This document shows, one piece after another, positions 49,837 through 60,468 of a DNA stretch of 64,000 bases. Every line of letters starts with the position of its first letter. Position 1 is the stretch's first letter. Source of the stretch: an uncultured Methanoregulaceae archaeon (lineage in GTDB: Archaea > Halobacteriota > Methanomicrobia > Methanomicrobiales > Methanospirillaceae); the NCBI GenBank assembly GCA_963705255.1, contig OY970061.1:2336001-2400000 (forward strand). The letters are read 5' to 3'. The position numbers and the translations under genes were made by a program. The notes under the pieces are model-generated. The model saw only the letters and a list, made by a program, of their open reading frames with translations. It made no database searches and was not told where the DNA came from.

Positions 49837-50605
49837 TCAGGCCTCCTTGGGCATGAAGCCGTATTTCACTCTCAGTTCATGGATGCGCGTGATGTACTCA
49901 ACGTACTCGGGGTCATCGCGGAATCCGGTACCGACGACAGAGTGGAACATTGTGGTGTTTGCCTTGAGCCACTTTGCGTCCATCGGCTTGCCGACCTTGA
50001 CTTCTGCGTCGAGGGGTACACCGACCTGGTCCTTGACATACTTGACAACGCCTGACTTCTTGTCCATAACAAAGCGCTGGAGCATGTCGAACATCATCCC
50101 GTTCTCATCGAGACGGAGGGAGTGCCCGTGCACCGTGCAGCCACGGATACCGGTGAGTGCTGCGTCAAAGAGGCTCGGTGTTGATGAGTTCCTTTGCGTA
50201 TTTCTCGAGGTCGCGTTCGCGGCACTCGACAATCTGACGCCCTGACAGGGTACCCGGGTCAATACCGCGGAAGCGGTAGGACTCGAGCCATGACCTCTGG
50301 TAGGGCTGGCAGGGTGCATTGTACATCGAGTCGGTAAACTGGATGTAGCGGACGCGGTCGCCGGCCTTTGCGCCGTCGGTCGGAGTCACGAGCTTGCGGA
50401 TTGGGCAGTTGGGTTCCTGCTGCTCTGCGAGCGGCGGGTGTGCACTCTTGTAGGCTGAGCCTGGTGCACGGTGTCCCATGACGAGGACGACGTCCTTATC
50501 AGTGACATCACGAAGTTTTTCCAGCTTGTGCGTCGGGTCCATCTGCTTGCGCCTGTTCTCGGCGATTTGGGTCTGGCCGGGACAATACTGGGGTTTGTAT
50601 GCCAT
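49837..50605 (-). CDS. mcrG: MCR gamma subunit; single-base insertion near 50174
   Basis: GHRAPG...GTLSGRQ in one frame and VHGHSLRLD in the next; GAG-C-CTC extra base. Confidence 0.96.
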
Positions 50606-50612
50606 TGTTTTA

Positions 50613-51248
50613 TCACTCCAATAGTTCCTTCTTTTTCACGATTCTCATAACTGACGAAATGACTTCTGCCATTTTCTCGCGTGTGGGGGTCTGACCCCGG
50701 GTCACGCCGCTCACGATGGCCATCACCGTACCTTTTGTACGGATTTTGTCCGCCGGCGGCATTACCACCGTTGTCTTCACGCCCTCCTTTGCGAAATCCT
50801 CGTAATCGACAGGTGACTGGGAAACGACAATCGCCTTCACATCACAGTGCTGGAGAATAAACCTGACCTTCTGCACGACATGGGAACGGACATTCCCATG
50901 GTGAAGGATGGCGACTTTGTGTTTCTCGATCTGCGCGATCTCTTTCTCGTTAATCCCCATGGAAGCGCCAAGGACGCCCCCGGCAATTTTCGGTGCGTCC
51001 GGCGGCACGCCGCTGCCAGCATACAACACCAGTGTACTGATACTGTATTCGACGCCCTGTTGCCTGAGACCTGAGGTGATATCGCACACCGGCTTGGTCA
51101 CATGGCGGCGTCCGGGAGACATCCCGACCACGATGACGTCCGGGTACCGGCATTCGGAGATGGTGCCCCGCTGGGCAATCCCTCCTCCTTTTCCCATGCC
51201 CAACGCCTCGCGGCAGTCAACAACCTGGGTTACTCGTCCAATCGGCAT
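50613..51248 (-). CDS. mcrC: MCR operon protein C
   Basis: VDCRE..GMGKGGGIAQRGT, RRHVTKPVCDIT. Confidence 0.97.
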   Translation of the reverse strand: MPIGRVTQVVDCREALGMGKGGGIAQRGTISECRYPDVIVVGMSPGRRHVTKPVCDITSGLRQQGVEYSISTLVLYAGSGVPPDAPKIAGGVLGASMGINEKEIAQIEKHKVAILHHGNVRSHVVQKVRFILQHCDVKAIVVSQSPVDYEDFAKEGVKTTVVMPPADKIRTKGTVMAIVSGVTRGQTPTREKMAEVISSVMRIVKKKELLE

Positions 51249-51250
51249 GA

Positions 51251-51721
51251 TTATTTTGTTCCCTGGAGGATTACGGGCCTGGACTTGCTGCTTGGATCAG
51301 CAAGTCCGAGCATTTCTTTGTCCGCGTTCGGGCCGTACTTGCAGTAATCGGCAAGCGACGGCTCGGTCTTCATGTACCTGCCTTCCTGGATGCGGAAGGT
51401 GAAATCCGTAAAAACCGGTTCGATAGCGGCTTGCAGTGCGGGGATGACGTCGCGGTTTTCGATCTCGAGCACGACAGTGCCCACGTGAACCTGGAGATCC
51501 AGTTCCTGGTCCCCGACATGGATCTTCTTCCTCATGATATGAGGATTGGCGAGTCCTTTGGCGGGTCCGTACGTTACGGTAGCGGGAAGGCGTGGTCCGT
51601 TGAGGACCATACGCCTTACTCCGGGAACGCTGACGATCTGGTTCAGCAGGCGTTCTGTGGTCTCGGGATTCAGCAACCGCTCTGTGACAATCCTGCACTG
51701 GGGGAACGTGGCTTCGGTCAT
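51251..51721 (-). CDS. mcrD: MCR operon protein D
   Basis: RLLNPETTE, GPRLP..V.YGPAKG. Confidence 0.96.
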   Translation of the reverse strand: MTEATFPQCRIVTERLLNPETTERLLNQIVSVPGVRRMVLNGPRLPATVTYGPAKGLANPHIMRKKIHVGDQELDLQVHVGTVVLEIENRDVIPALQAAIEPVFTDFTFRIQEGRYMKTEPSLADYCKYGPNADKEMLGLADPSSKSRPVILQGTK

Positions 51722-51736
51722 TCGTATCCGTGGGGT

Positions 51737-53050
51737 TTATACACCCTTTGCAACTGCCTGGATCGGCTTCTTGAATGCATCGAGCTGCCCGAAGGTGTCC
51801 TGGTAGATCTTCGAGGTCTGTTCGGGGCCGAACATCTGGGTACCTGCATCAAGACAGCATGCTGCTACGATACAGGGCATACCGACACCGGCTGCGTGCC
51901 TGGTAACGACGTGGTTACCGTTGAACCCGCCGGGGCCGCCACCACCGTAGATCGAGTGGCTGAAGAACGAGAACCCGACTGCTACACCCATGGTACGACC
52001 GAAGTCGGAGCCTGGGAGGCCGGTCTCGTGCTCGAGCAGGTCGTTGAAGTAGAGCAGGGTTGCAGAGACTGCCTGTGCAAACCGTCCTGCACCACAGTTG
52101 ACCATGGTTGCTGCGAGAGTTCCTGCCGATGCGTAGGCGTTCCACATCATCGGGTCCTTGGTGTCGTAGAAGATATAGCCGCTCTTGCCCTTCTTGCCTG
52201 CCTTGATGACCTTGTCTTCAATGGCCTGCTCAACAAGGCTCTGCACGACAGTACCGATGGTACCGGTCTTGCCGTTCTTCTTGACGAGGTCGTAGACAAG
52301 GTTGTTCGCGTTCAGGCCCTGGTATGCGTAGAGCAGGAGCTGGGCGCGCTCAAACGGGCCGATTGCCATGCCCATCTCGAACTCGCCGGCCTGTTCAAAG
52401 GTTGAACAGAGCGCTGCACCCTGCATTGCATTCCGGTGGGTCATCATTGCCGCATGGTTTGCGGGAATGTTCCTCAGTGCGTAGCCGAGACCTTCATTGT
52501 TCTGCGGGATGGACATGATAGTGACGATGTTGCCGCCATCCATGCTCATGGTCTGCGGGTAGGTACCCCAGACTGCACTCTTGACATAGGAACCGTCGAA
52601 CATGCCGACCTTGTACTGGTCAACCAGTGCATAGGTGGTGGCTGCTGCAACGGCGGTTGATGCCGCATCGTAGGTTGCCGCTGCCTCCATACGGGAAGTC
52701 GGGACCTCGACAAGGATCATCTTGCCACCGCCGATCTTAGTGATCTTGGTGTTGTCACCGTCAGTGACCTGGACCATGTCCTTGATCTTGGCTGAAAGTG
52801 CGTCACAGTCCTTGACACAGCTGCAGTTCATGCTGCGGCCGAGGATCTGGTTCGACTTGCCGCCAAATTTTCCGGTCTTTAATGCTTCCTCGATACCGGC
52901 GAGGTTGACTGCCACGGTCCTCTTGGTGAGGTCGATGACATTGAGTGCACCCTTGTTGACCAGCGGACTGATCTTGTCAAGAGTTACATTGCTCTTTAAG
53001 AGCTTACCCTCATCGTCGTAGAGGTCGATCGTATCTTTATATTTTGCCAT
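51737..53050 (-). CDS. mcrB: MCR beta subunit
   Basis: GYALRNI, SFFSHSIYGGGGPG, DAGTQMF. Confidence 0.98.
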   Translation of the reverse strand: MAKYKDTIDLYDDEGKLLKSNVTLDKISPLVNKGALNVIDLTKRTVAVNLAGIEEALKTGKFGGKSNQILGRSMNCSCVKDCDALSAKIKDMVQVTDGDNTKITKIGGGKMILVEVPTSRMEAAATYDAASTAVAAATTYALVDQYKVGMFDGSYVKSAVWGTYPQTMSMDGGNIVTIMSIPQNNEGLGYALRNIPANHAAMMTHRNAMQGAALCSTFEQAGEFEMGMAIGPFERAQLLLYAYQGLNANNLVYDLVKKNGKTGTIGTVVQSLVEQAIEDKVIKAGKKGKSGYIFYDTKDPMMWNAYASAGTLAATMVNCGAGRFAQAVSATLLYFNDLLEHETGLPGSDFGRTMGVAVGFSFFSHSIYGGGGPGGFNGNHVVTRHAAGVGMPCIVAACCLDAGTQMFGPEQTSKIYQDTFGQLDAFKKPIQAVAKGV

Positions 53051-53192
53051 TTGAATTCCTCCAAATTTCCATTTAACCGCGATACAATACTGTCAGTGAG
53101 CGAAAGTATTCCCTATAAGGGATACTGGTAATGAGTGAAAGTCGCTATTGCACGTCCCCTAAGATGGGACATTGAATACTTCCCAATTTTGC

Positions 53193-53206
53193 CATATAAG
53201 CATTCC
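53193..53206 (-). promoter_or_regulatory. Probable TATA of mcr operon
   Basis: Minus strand GGAATGCTTATATG ~145 bp upstream of mcrB. Confidence 0.45.
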
Positions 53207-53463
53207 TATTTTTTACCGAAACCTTTTTTTATAATACATAAAAAATAATTATTAAACATGAAGCAATGTTCAAATATTGCATAAATGTTCCAGTTCGTTG
53301 TTTTACGCAGTATTACAATTTCAAAAAATAGTAGCATTAACTGTTATATTATATGTGAAAAAATCTGATTATTGTATGCGCTCTCTATAAAAAAGGTGGG
53401 GTCGGGGACATGGTTCCTGGTGTGCCGGTGCGGCATCCCGTTCCCCCGGTCATTTGCAGTGCG

Positions 53464-53922
53464 TTATTTCTTGAATTCTGTGATGGGGCTTGGTCCAAGC
53501 TCGTTGATGGTCTTGACCACATCCGTGATGACAGCGCCCCACTTTGCGCCTTCGGACGCGGAGACGAATGTCATCCTGAAGCGGCGGTCGTCGAGCCCTA
53601 TGCTCTTCATCAGCCGCTTCACCATGAACATGCGTTTTGCTGACTTGAAGTTGCCCTCAAGGTAGTGGCAGTCACCAAAGTGGCATCCTGATACGAGGAC
53701 ACCATCGGCACCGTCAGCGAATGCCTTGAGCACAAAGAGTGCGTCAATACGTCCCGTGCACATGACACGGATGATCCGGACATCGGGTGGGTACTGGATA
53801 CGGCCGCCGCCGGCAAGGTCAGCACCGGCATACGAACACCAGTTGCAGAGGATACCGATAATCTTTGGCTGCCAGATACCGGGCCCGCGTTTGGGGATCT
53901 CAAAATTTCCTGGTGCTGACAT
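53464..53922 (-). CDS. mvhD: Hydrogenase/Hdr [2Fe-2S] subunit MvhD
   Basis: CNWCSYAGAD, VMCTGR, GCHFGDCHY. Confidence 0.96.
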   Translation of the reverse strand: MSAPGNFEIPKRGPGIWQPKIIGILCNWCSYAGADLAGGGRIQYPPDVRIIRVMCTGRIDALFVLKAFADGADGVLVSGCHFGDCHYLEGNFKSAKRMFMVKRLMKSIGLDDRRFRMTFVSASEGAKWGAVITDVVKTINELGPSPITEFKK

Positions 53923-56073
53923 TTACTGCTCACCTCCGAGCAGGAATGCATCGATCTGCGCCACGATCTGCGGGGTTGCAAAGTGGTTCATCCAGATTGC
54001 ACCGCCGGGGCAGAAGCCCCCGCAGGTCCCGCAGCCTTTGCACTTGGCTTCGGTGACCTCCATGACCGTGCGCCCGTCCTTTTCGACGAGGGCAAGAGCG
54101 CTGTACGGACAGAGGTTCACGCACATGCCGCAGCCTGCACACTTTTCCTCAATGCAAGTGGCAAAGTACGGCTCAAGCTCGACTTCACCCTTGTGGATGG
54201 GGATGCTTGCTGCAGATGCTGCGCCCTCTGCGGATGCTACAGTGTCGGGGATATCCTTCGGTCCCTGGCAGACACCGGCAAGGAAGACTCCGGCAGTGGT
54301 TGTACCGCACGGGTTCAGCTTCGGATGGGCTTCCAGGAGCCAGCCGTCCATCGAGCAGGAGACACCGAAGAGCTTGCGGGTCCTGTTGGTGTCTTCCTTG
54401 GGCTGCACTGCTGCAGCGAGGACCACGAGATCGACTTCCATATCGACCGGGCGGTCGAGCAGGGTGTCATCTGCCATCACGTGAAGGTTCTTGGTGCTCT
54501 TGTCTTCAAGGATGTTTGCCACACGTCCGCGGATGAACTTCGCGCCCTCGTCCTGGATGCGGTAGTAGAACTCTTCGTACATCTTGCCGAATGAACGGAT
54601 ATCCATGTAGAAGATGTAGGGTGTGCACCCGGGTATCTTCTCGATGATCTGGTGGGCGTGTTTCAGCGAGTACATGCAGCAGAACCGTGAACAGTACGGT
54701 TTCCCGGTACCAGTGTTGTCACGGGAACCTGCGCAGAGCACGAACCCGACTCTCTTGGGCGTCTGGCCATCGCTCGGGCGGACAAGGTGGCCGCCGGTCG
54801 GACCGGATGCACAGATGAGGCGTTCGAATTCGAGGCTCGTGATGACGTTCTCGAATCTCTTGTATCCCCACTCCTCCTTCTTCTCGATCGGGAAGATATC
54901 AAAGCCGGTTGCAAGGATAGCGGTTCCGACTTTGACCTTGACGAACTCGTCTTTTGACTCGAGATCGATTGCCCTCTTCTCAGGTCCGCAGGCAGTGACG
55001 CACAGCCCGCACTTAATACATGAATTGAAGTCGATCGTAAAGATCAGCGGAACGACCTGCGGGTGGTTGATATAAATCGCTTTGCGGGGCTTCATGCCCA
55101 CTTCAAAGTTGTTCGGCTTTACCACCGGGCAGACCACGTCACAGTCACCACAGCCGTTACAGCCTCCACCGACAATGCCCCGTGCTTCGGCTTCTGTGGG
55201 GGTGAGGACACCACGGGCCTTCTTGCGGATGGTGACATCAAAGTTTCCGATGTAACCTTCGACAGAATCCACTTCTGACCAGGTCATCAGTTCGATGTTT
55301 TGGGCCCTGCCGACATCCACCATCTTTGGTGTTAAGATACACTGGGAACAGTCAAGGGTCGGGAACGTCTTGTCCAGCTGGGACATACGTCCGCCGATAC
55401 TGGTATCGGACTCAATGAGGTAGGTCTTGATGCCTGCACTTGCCAGATCGAGTGCTGCCTGCATACCGGCAACCCCGGCTCCGACAACCATCGCCGCTTT
55501 TTCAACCGGCACGGACTTCGGGAACAGGTCCTGCAGGAGCGATGCCTTTGCGACTGCAATCCTGATTGCATCCTTTGCCTTTTCCGTGGATCCTTCCTGG
55601 TCGTGCATGTGCACCCATGAGTTCTGTTCACGGATGTTTGCCATCTCGAACCGGAACGGGTTCAGTCCGCCTTCCTTGGTCGCAGTCCTGAACGTTGGCT
55701 CGTGGAGACGGGGAGAACATGCGGCGACAACGACACCGGTGAGTTTTTGTTCCTTGATTGCCTTGTTGATCACACCCTGCCCGGGCATCGAGCACATATA
55801 CTTGTAGTTGTCAACATAGGCTACATTCGGGATGGTTTTTGCATATTCCTGTACGGTAGGGATATCCATCGACCCGGCAATGTTGGTACCGCAGTGGCAG
55901 ATGAAGACACCGATACGTGCCTCCTGCTTGGTGGTGCTGCCTGCTGCAGCCGGTGCCGCTGCCTGGGGCTTTGCTGCCTGTTTCTTGACTTCCTGTTTTA
56001 CCGGGGCTTCCTTCTTTGCGTCCTGCTTCTTTGTCTCGGTCTTCTTGGTAGTTGTTTTCTTCTTTTCTGCCAT
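53923..56073 (-). CDS. hdrA: Heterodisulfide reductase subunit A
   Basis: GVFICHCG, CSPRLHE, GAGVAG, DKTFPTLDC, YCSRFCC; start MAEKKK. Confidence 0.97.
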   Translation of the reverse strand: MAEKKKTTTKKTETKKQDAKKEAPVKQEVKKQAAKPQAAAPAAAGSTTKQEARIGVFICHCGTNIAGSMDIPTVQEYAKTIPNVAYVDNYKYMCSMPGQGVINKAIKEQKLTGVVVAACSPRLHEPTFRTATKEGGLNPFRFEMANIREQNSWVHMHDQEGSTEKAKDAIRIAVAKASLLQDLFPKSVPVEKAAMVVGAGVAGMQAALDLASAGIKTYLIESDTSIGGRMSQLDKTFPTLDCSQCILTPKMVDVGRAQNIELMTWSEVDSVEGYIGNFDVTIRKKARGVLTPTEAEARGIVGGGCNGCGDCDVVCPVVKPNNFEVGMKPRKAIYINHPQVVPLIFTIDFNSCIKCGLCVTACGPEKRAIDLESKDEFVKVKVGTAILATGFDIFPIEKKEEWGYKRFENVITSLEFERLICASGPTGGHLVRPSDGQTPKRVGFVLCAGSRDNTGTGKPYCSRFCCMYSLKHAHQIIEKIPGCTPYIFYMDIRSFGKMYEEFYYRIQDEGAKFIRGRVANILEDKSTKNLHVMADDTLLDRPVDMEVDLVVLAAAVQPKEDTNRTRKLFGVSCSMDGWLLEAHPKLNPCGTTTAGVFLAGVCQGPKDIPDTVASAEGAASAASIPIHKGEVELEPYFATCIEEKCAGCGMCVNLCPYSALALVEKDGRTVMEVTEAKCKGCGTCGGFCPGGAIWMNHFATPQIVAQIDAFLLGGEQ

Positions 56074-56083
56074 TCTTACCACC

Positions 56084-57007
56084 TCACAGGACCTTCTGCA
56101 GGAACGGTTCGCAGCTGATACCATGGAGGTCCAGCCCGAGGTCCTGCGGGCTCATTCCCTGTGCCAGTCCGAGGAGTTCGGCGAAGTGAAGTACGGGCAG
56201 TCCATAGGAAACGCCGAACTTCTCCTGGATCTCGATCTGGCCGCGGTCGAACTGAAGCTGACAGAACGGGCAGATGTCCGTGAGTGCGTCCACCTTCTCT
56301 TCTTTCAGGTTGATCAGCTTCTCGTTGGTGATGTCCAGTGAGTGGACGATATCGTACCCGCGGACACCGCCACCGGCACCACAGCACTGCATCTTGTTGC
56401 GGTATTCCACCGGGGTTGCGCCCAGTGCGGCAACAAGCTCTTCCATCCAAGTCGGGTGCTCGGTGTTCAGCATGACTTCTTTCTCAAACTCACGGTCCTT
56501 GTGGGGCTTGACCAGGTGGCAGCCGTAGTGGACTGCGATGCGGGCACCTGTCAGGGGGTTTGTGACGCTGTCCCGGACCTTGTCGACGCCGATAAACTTG
56601 TCGTTGTAGAGGAGTTCTGCCGTGTGGTACACGTTGATAGTACCTTTGTACTCCATGTCTACTTCCTTGAGGACTTCATTGACGGCATCGCGGAGATCCT
56701 TGTTGTGCTTGAGCTTGTGGTTGACTTCCCAGATCGACTTGTAACAGCCGTTGCAGACAAGGGCGATATCCATCTTCATCTGCTCGGCGAGCACGAGGTT
56801 CCGGGCTGCCATTGCATAGAAGACACTGAGGTCGATCGAGCCAAATGCACCCGGGGCCGGGCAGCAGCTTGCGCCCTTCAGGGGGACGAGCTCAACGCCA
56901 AGCTTTTTCATCGCTTTTATGGAGGCGGATTCGACACCGGGGTAGCGGTTCGGGGCAATACATCCGAGATAGAATGCAAACTTATGGTTTGCGCTTGTTT
57001 CTGACAT
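56084..57007 (-). CDS. hdrB: Heterodisulfide reductase subunit B
   Basis: CCG motifs SCCPAPG, HYGCH, CCGAGGG, CPFCQLQFD. Confidence 0.97.
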   Translation of the reverse strand: MSETSANHKFAFYLGCIAPNRYPGVESASIKAMKKLGVELVPLKGASCCPAPGAFGSIDLSVFYAMAARNLVLAEQMKMDIALVCNGCYKSIWEVNHKLKHNKDLRDAVNEVLKEVDMEYKGTINVYHTAELLYNDKFIGVDKVRDSVTNPLTGARIAVHYGCHLVKPHKDREFEKEVMLNTEHPTWMEELVAALGATPVEYRNKMQCCGAGGGVRGYDIVHSLDITNEKLINLKEEKVDALTDICPFCQLQFDRGQIEIQEKFGVSYGLPVLHFAELLGLAQGMSPQDLGLDLHGISCEPFLQKVL

Positions 57008-57013
57008 GGTATC

Positions 57014-57595
57014 TTACCCCTCCCTCTCCTTGACGATCCGGTCTGCATTCGCCTTGAGCTTGTAGTGGTCAAGGATCTTCCTGATGCCGGGGATATATTC
57101 CGGATACATGTGGGTGGTTGGCGGGTCGCGGGTGAGGCCGAGCCGCTCGCGGGCTGCACGGTTGACATCGTTGTTCGGGACACCGTGACCTGATGAGTAG
57201 ATCGCCTGCACGGTCTTGAGGAAGTTGACGGGGACGATGTCCCTCTTGAATGCGAGATTCCTCATCGCCATGATGACATCGGTAGGCAGGATGTCACGCG
57301 GGCAGCGGTCCGAGCAGCTGTAGCAGGTTGTACAGAGCCAGAGATCGGGATCTGTCAGGGACTCGTTCTCGAGCCCGAGAACAGCTCTCCTCATGAACTT
57401 GCGGATGCGGTACGTGCTGCGGGGGGCCGACGGGCATGAACCTGTGCATGTTCCGCACTGGTAGCACATGTGGGCGATGGTACGCGAGATCCCCTTCACT
57501 TTCGTGGTGAATTCGGGGTTTGAATCCTCGCGGTAGTATCTCTGATCGTGGAGTTTTTTCTCCAACGCTTCGGGGTAACCTTTTGTTCTTGCCAT
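57014..57595 (-). CDS. hdrC: Heterodisulfide reductase subunit C
   Basis: CYQCGTCTGSCP, CTTCYSCSDRCP. Confidence 0.97.
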   Translation of the reverse strand: MARTKGYPEALEKKLHDQRYYREDSNPEFTTKVKGISRTIAHMCYQCGTCTGSCPSAPRSTYRIRKFMRRAVLGLENESLTDPDLWLCTTCYSCSDRCPRDILPTDVIMAMRNLAFKRDIVPVNFLKTVQAIYSSGHGVPNNDVNRAARERLGLTRDPPTTHMYPEYIPGIRKILDHYKLKANADRIVKEREG

Positions 57596-57602
57596 AGTCC
57601 GC

Positions 57603-58775
57603 TCACGCCTTCTCCATAACTTTGAGGTTGACCTGCCCGGTAATCTCCTCTTTCACTTTCGAGGTTCTCCTGGTGCAGAGTTTCTCCTTGATCCGCTTGA
57701 ACAGGTCCGTCTCCGTTCCCTTCATGCGGATACCAGTCCTCTGCAGGACGATGATGTCCTCACCGGGACATGCATTGACGCAGGCGCCGCAAAGGATACA
57801 GTAATCCTTGTTGACGGCAATGGTTGCCTCAATCTCGTGCTTCATCTCTGCTGCAGGTTTTGCTGACGGCAGATAGATTGCATTTGCCGGGCAGATCTCG
57901 ACACAGGTCGAGCAGCCGCCGGGGCATTTGTCGGCATGGAATTCGATATCGCCTTCAAAAAGCTTCTCAACCGTGATCGCTTCAGTCGGGCAGTTCCGGG
58001 AACACCATGTGCAGGTGCAGCAGTTGTCCTGGATAATGTCGACTTTGCCGTCGACCTTGTCGGAAACGACTTCACGCTCGACGGTGATGCACTCTTCAGG
58101 GCATGCCTCTACGCATACCTTGCAGGCATCACACTTGGTCTCGTCCCAGATCACGTCACCCTCCACTTTTCCGGTCTCCGCGGTGAACCCCTTGTGTTTC
58201 ACCACGAGTGCCGGGCAGAGTGCACCACACAGGCCGCAGAGAGAACATTTCTCCTTGTCTACGGTAAACGTTATCTTCGTCTTGATAGCGGTCTGCCGGT
58301 CCTTGGCGCCTGCCACGGGTCCCTTGTAGGTCCCTTCAAATGCCGGGACGTTGCGGTCGATGGCGTCGCGCGGGCATACCTCTTCACAGATCGTACACCT
58401 GACGCATTTCCCGTCATCGATCTCCGCTTTCATATCATACTTCGGGAACCCTTCCTTCTCGATAATCGGGAGTCTCTCTTGTCCGTCTACCTTCAATGTC
58501 AGTGCATTGAACGGGCACATGATGACGCAGACGCCACAGTAGGAACACTTGGTCTCGTCCACGTCCACTGGAGCAGCGTAGTTGATAGCGCCACGCCTTG
58601 TCGCCCCGACAAGCCCGAGGACAATTGCATCCTCAGGACAAGCCTCGACACATATGCCGCATCCCGTGCAGGTCTCTGCATTGAGTATCAGGTTATTGAC
58701 GTTCTGAAGGAGTTTCTGCTCCATCACAACGTTAACACCATCCTTCTTCTTGGAAAATTTTGGATACAATGCCAT
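57603..58775 (-). CDS. fwdF: Polyferredoxin, formylmethanofuran dehydrogenase subunit F
   Basis: Eight CxxCxxCxxxCP-type motifs; position upstream of hdrC. Confidence 0.9.
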   Translation of the reverse strand: MALYPKFSKKKDGVNVVMEQKLLQNVNNLILNAETCTGCGICVEACPEDAIVLGLVGATRRGAINYAAPVDVDETKCSYCGVCVIMCPFNALTLKVDGQERLPIIEKEGFPKYDMKAEIDDGKCVRCTICEEVCPRDAIDRNVPAFEGTYKGPVAGAKDRQTAIKTKITFTVDKEKCSLCGLCGALCPALVVKHKGFTAETGKVEGDVIWDETKCDACKVCVEACPEECITVEREVVSDKVDGKVDIIQDNCCTCTWCSRNCPTEAITVEKLFEGDIEFHADKCPGGCSTCVEICPANAIYLPSAKPAAEMKHEIEATIAVNKDYCILCGACVNACPGEDIIVLQRTGIRMKGTETDLFKRIKEKLCTRRTSKVKEEITGQVNLKVMEKA

Positions 58776-58798
58776 GAATTAACCCTCACGCTGTTTTC

Positions 58799-59065
58799 TT
58801 ATTGCACGCTTGCCGCTGTTCTTGATTCCCGGGGGCCTGCAAATCTGATAAGGCCGTACGGGTTTGCCTGAATACCTACGCCGCATCCGGCAGAGAGTTT
58901 ACCTATTAAATCAAGAATCACGGATCTTCCATCCCTGACTACGTAGATCTTTTCTTCTGATGCAGTATCTACTGTATGAAGCGTTACCGCATCAACAGGA
59001 CATGCAATCACACAATTATTACAGCCGGTACACCTTTTCATGTGTATGTGCACTGCAAATGCCAT
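58799..59065 (-). CDS. fwdG: FwdG-like ferredoxin with degenerate second cluster motif
   Basis: CTGCNNCVIACP intact; second motif reads SAGCGVGIQANP. Confidence 0.7.
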   Translation of the reverse strand: MAFAVHIHMKRCTGCNNCVIACPVDAVTLHTVDTASEEKIYVVRDGRSVILDLIGKLSAGCGVGIQANPYGLIRFAGPRESRTAASVQ

Positions 59066-59375
59066 TCGATTTTCACGCACCAGCTATGATCGATTCTAAA
59101 AATCGACTAACAAAAAGTGGTAGAAGAATGTAGATAAATGTTCTGAAATTGCGTGTGAGAAAACGGATGTTTTATACGGGTTTTCATTATTTTAGTTTAT
59201 ATACTCTTCAGGGATGTTAATGTATAAATCCAGATGGTTAACAAGTTATCTTATACTTTTCCCCGTCTTTTTTTATTTTTTCTCGTGCGCTCCCGAATTA
59301 CAGGTTCTCGTCAAAATCAAATTAGAAAATTTATTCAGTCACCATCATGGTACCTTTTAGTACCGGAGGTTATTT

Positions 59376-60260
59376 ATGGAAATCAACGGCGTTACGATCG
59401 ATAATACCTACGCAGAGGCATTCCCGACATGGGTCTGCCGGATTATCATCACTGCGGTCACCAAGGAATGGGCAAAGAAAGCAGCAACGGAAGCAACCGG
59501 TTTTGCAACATCCGCGATCGGTTGTCCCTGCGAGGCAGGCATAGAGGGATATGTCCCGGCAAGCGGGACTCCGGATGGAAGACCCGGTGTAGCCATCCTG
59601 ATCTGTGCCAGCAAGAAGAAGCTCAAGGAGCAGGTTGTCGAGCGCCTCGCAGAATGCGTCCTTACGGCACCGACAACTGCTGTTTTCAATGGCATCACCA
59701 CAGCGGAAGAAAAGATCCCGGTCAAGCTCCACTTCTTTGGTGATGGCTACGAGTACCAGAAGGAAGTTGGCGGCCGCAAGTGCTGGGTCATCCCGATCAT
59801 GAACGGCGAATATGTTGGTGAAGAGGAGTTCGGTATCGTTAAGGGGGTAGCTGGCGGCAACTTCTTTGTGATGGGAGAAAACCAGATGGCGGCCCTTATG
59901 GGTGCCGAGGCAGTTGTTGAGGCTATCGATCTGGTCCCGGGAACAATCACCAGTTTCCCCGGCGGCATTGTCGCGAGCGGCTCGAAAGTCGGCAGCCTGA
60001 AGTACAAGTTCATGCCAGCCTCAACCAATGAGAAGTACTGCCCGACACTCCGCGAGAAAGTGCCGGACTCCAAGATCCCTGCAGGCGTCAAGGCCGTCTA
60101 CGAGATCGTGATCGATGGTATTGACGAAAAGTCGGTCGCGGAAGCGATGGCGGCAGGTGTGAAAGCTGCGGTTATGGTTCCCGGTGTGAAGTTTATCTCT
60201 GCCGGTAACTTTGGTGGCACGCTTGGGCCGTACAAGATCGAGCTTCACAAGGTTCTGTAA
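59376..60260 (+). CDS. ftr: Formylmethanofuran:tetrahydromethanopterin formyltransferase
   Basis: [40 protein letters not shown]. Confidence 0.97.
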   Translation: MEINGVTIDNTYAEAFPTWVCRIIITAVTKEWAKKAATEATGFATSAIGCPCEAGIEGYVPASGTPDGRPGVAILICASKKKLKEQVVERLAECVLTAPTTAVFNGITTAEEKIPVKLHFFGDGYEYQKEVGGRKCWVIPIMNGEYVGEEEFGIVKGVAGGNFFVMGENQMAALMGAEAVVEAIDLVPGTITSFPGGIVASGSKVGSLKYKFMPASTNEKYCPTLREKVPDSKIPAGVKAVYEIVIDGIDEKSVAEAMAAGVKAAVMVPGVKFISAGNFGGTLGPYKIELHKVL

Positions 60261-60468
60261 AAATTTCCCTTTTTATTTCCGTGGGTACATCGATTCATAT
60301 ATATAATGTCATTACCGATTATTTTGTTAACGAAAATTTCGGCGACAATATGATCTCAATCAGATCGGATGATGCAAAGAAGCGGTTCGGGCTGCTCTTC
60401 TCACAGATTCCTGGTGAAAATCGACTGGAGGAGTGGCAGGGCGGAAATAATCGAGGCGGCGGGACTCT

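Noticed and set aside
49837-50605. mcrG pseudogene or programmed frameshift
   Set aside because: Both halves are fully conserved, there is no slippery site, and similar indels occur across the window
53923-57595. Selenocysteine or pyrrolysine readthrough in hdr/mvhD
   Set aside because: Frames are open, with Cys at the expected positions and no in-frame TGA or TAG
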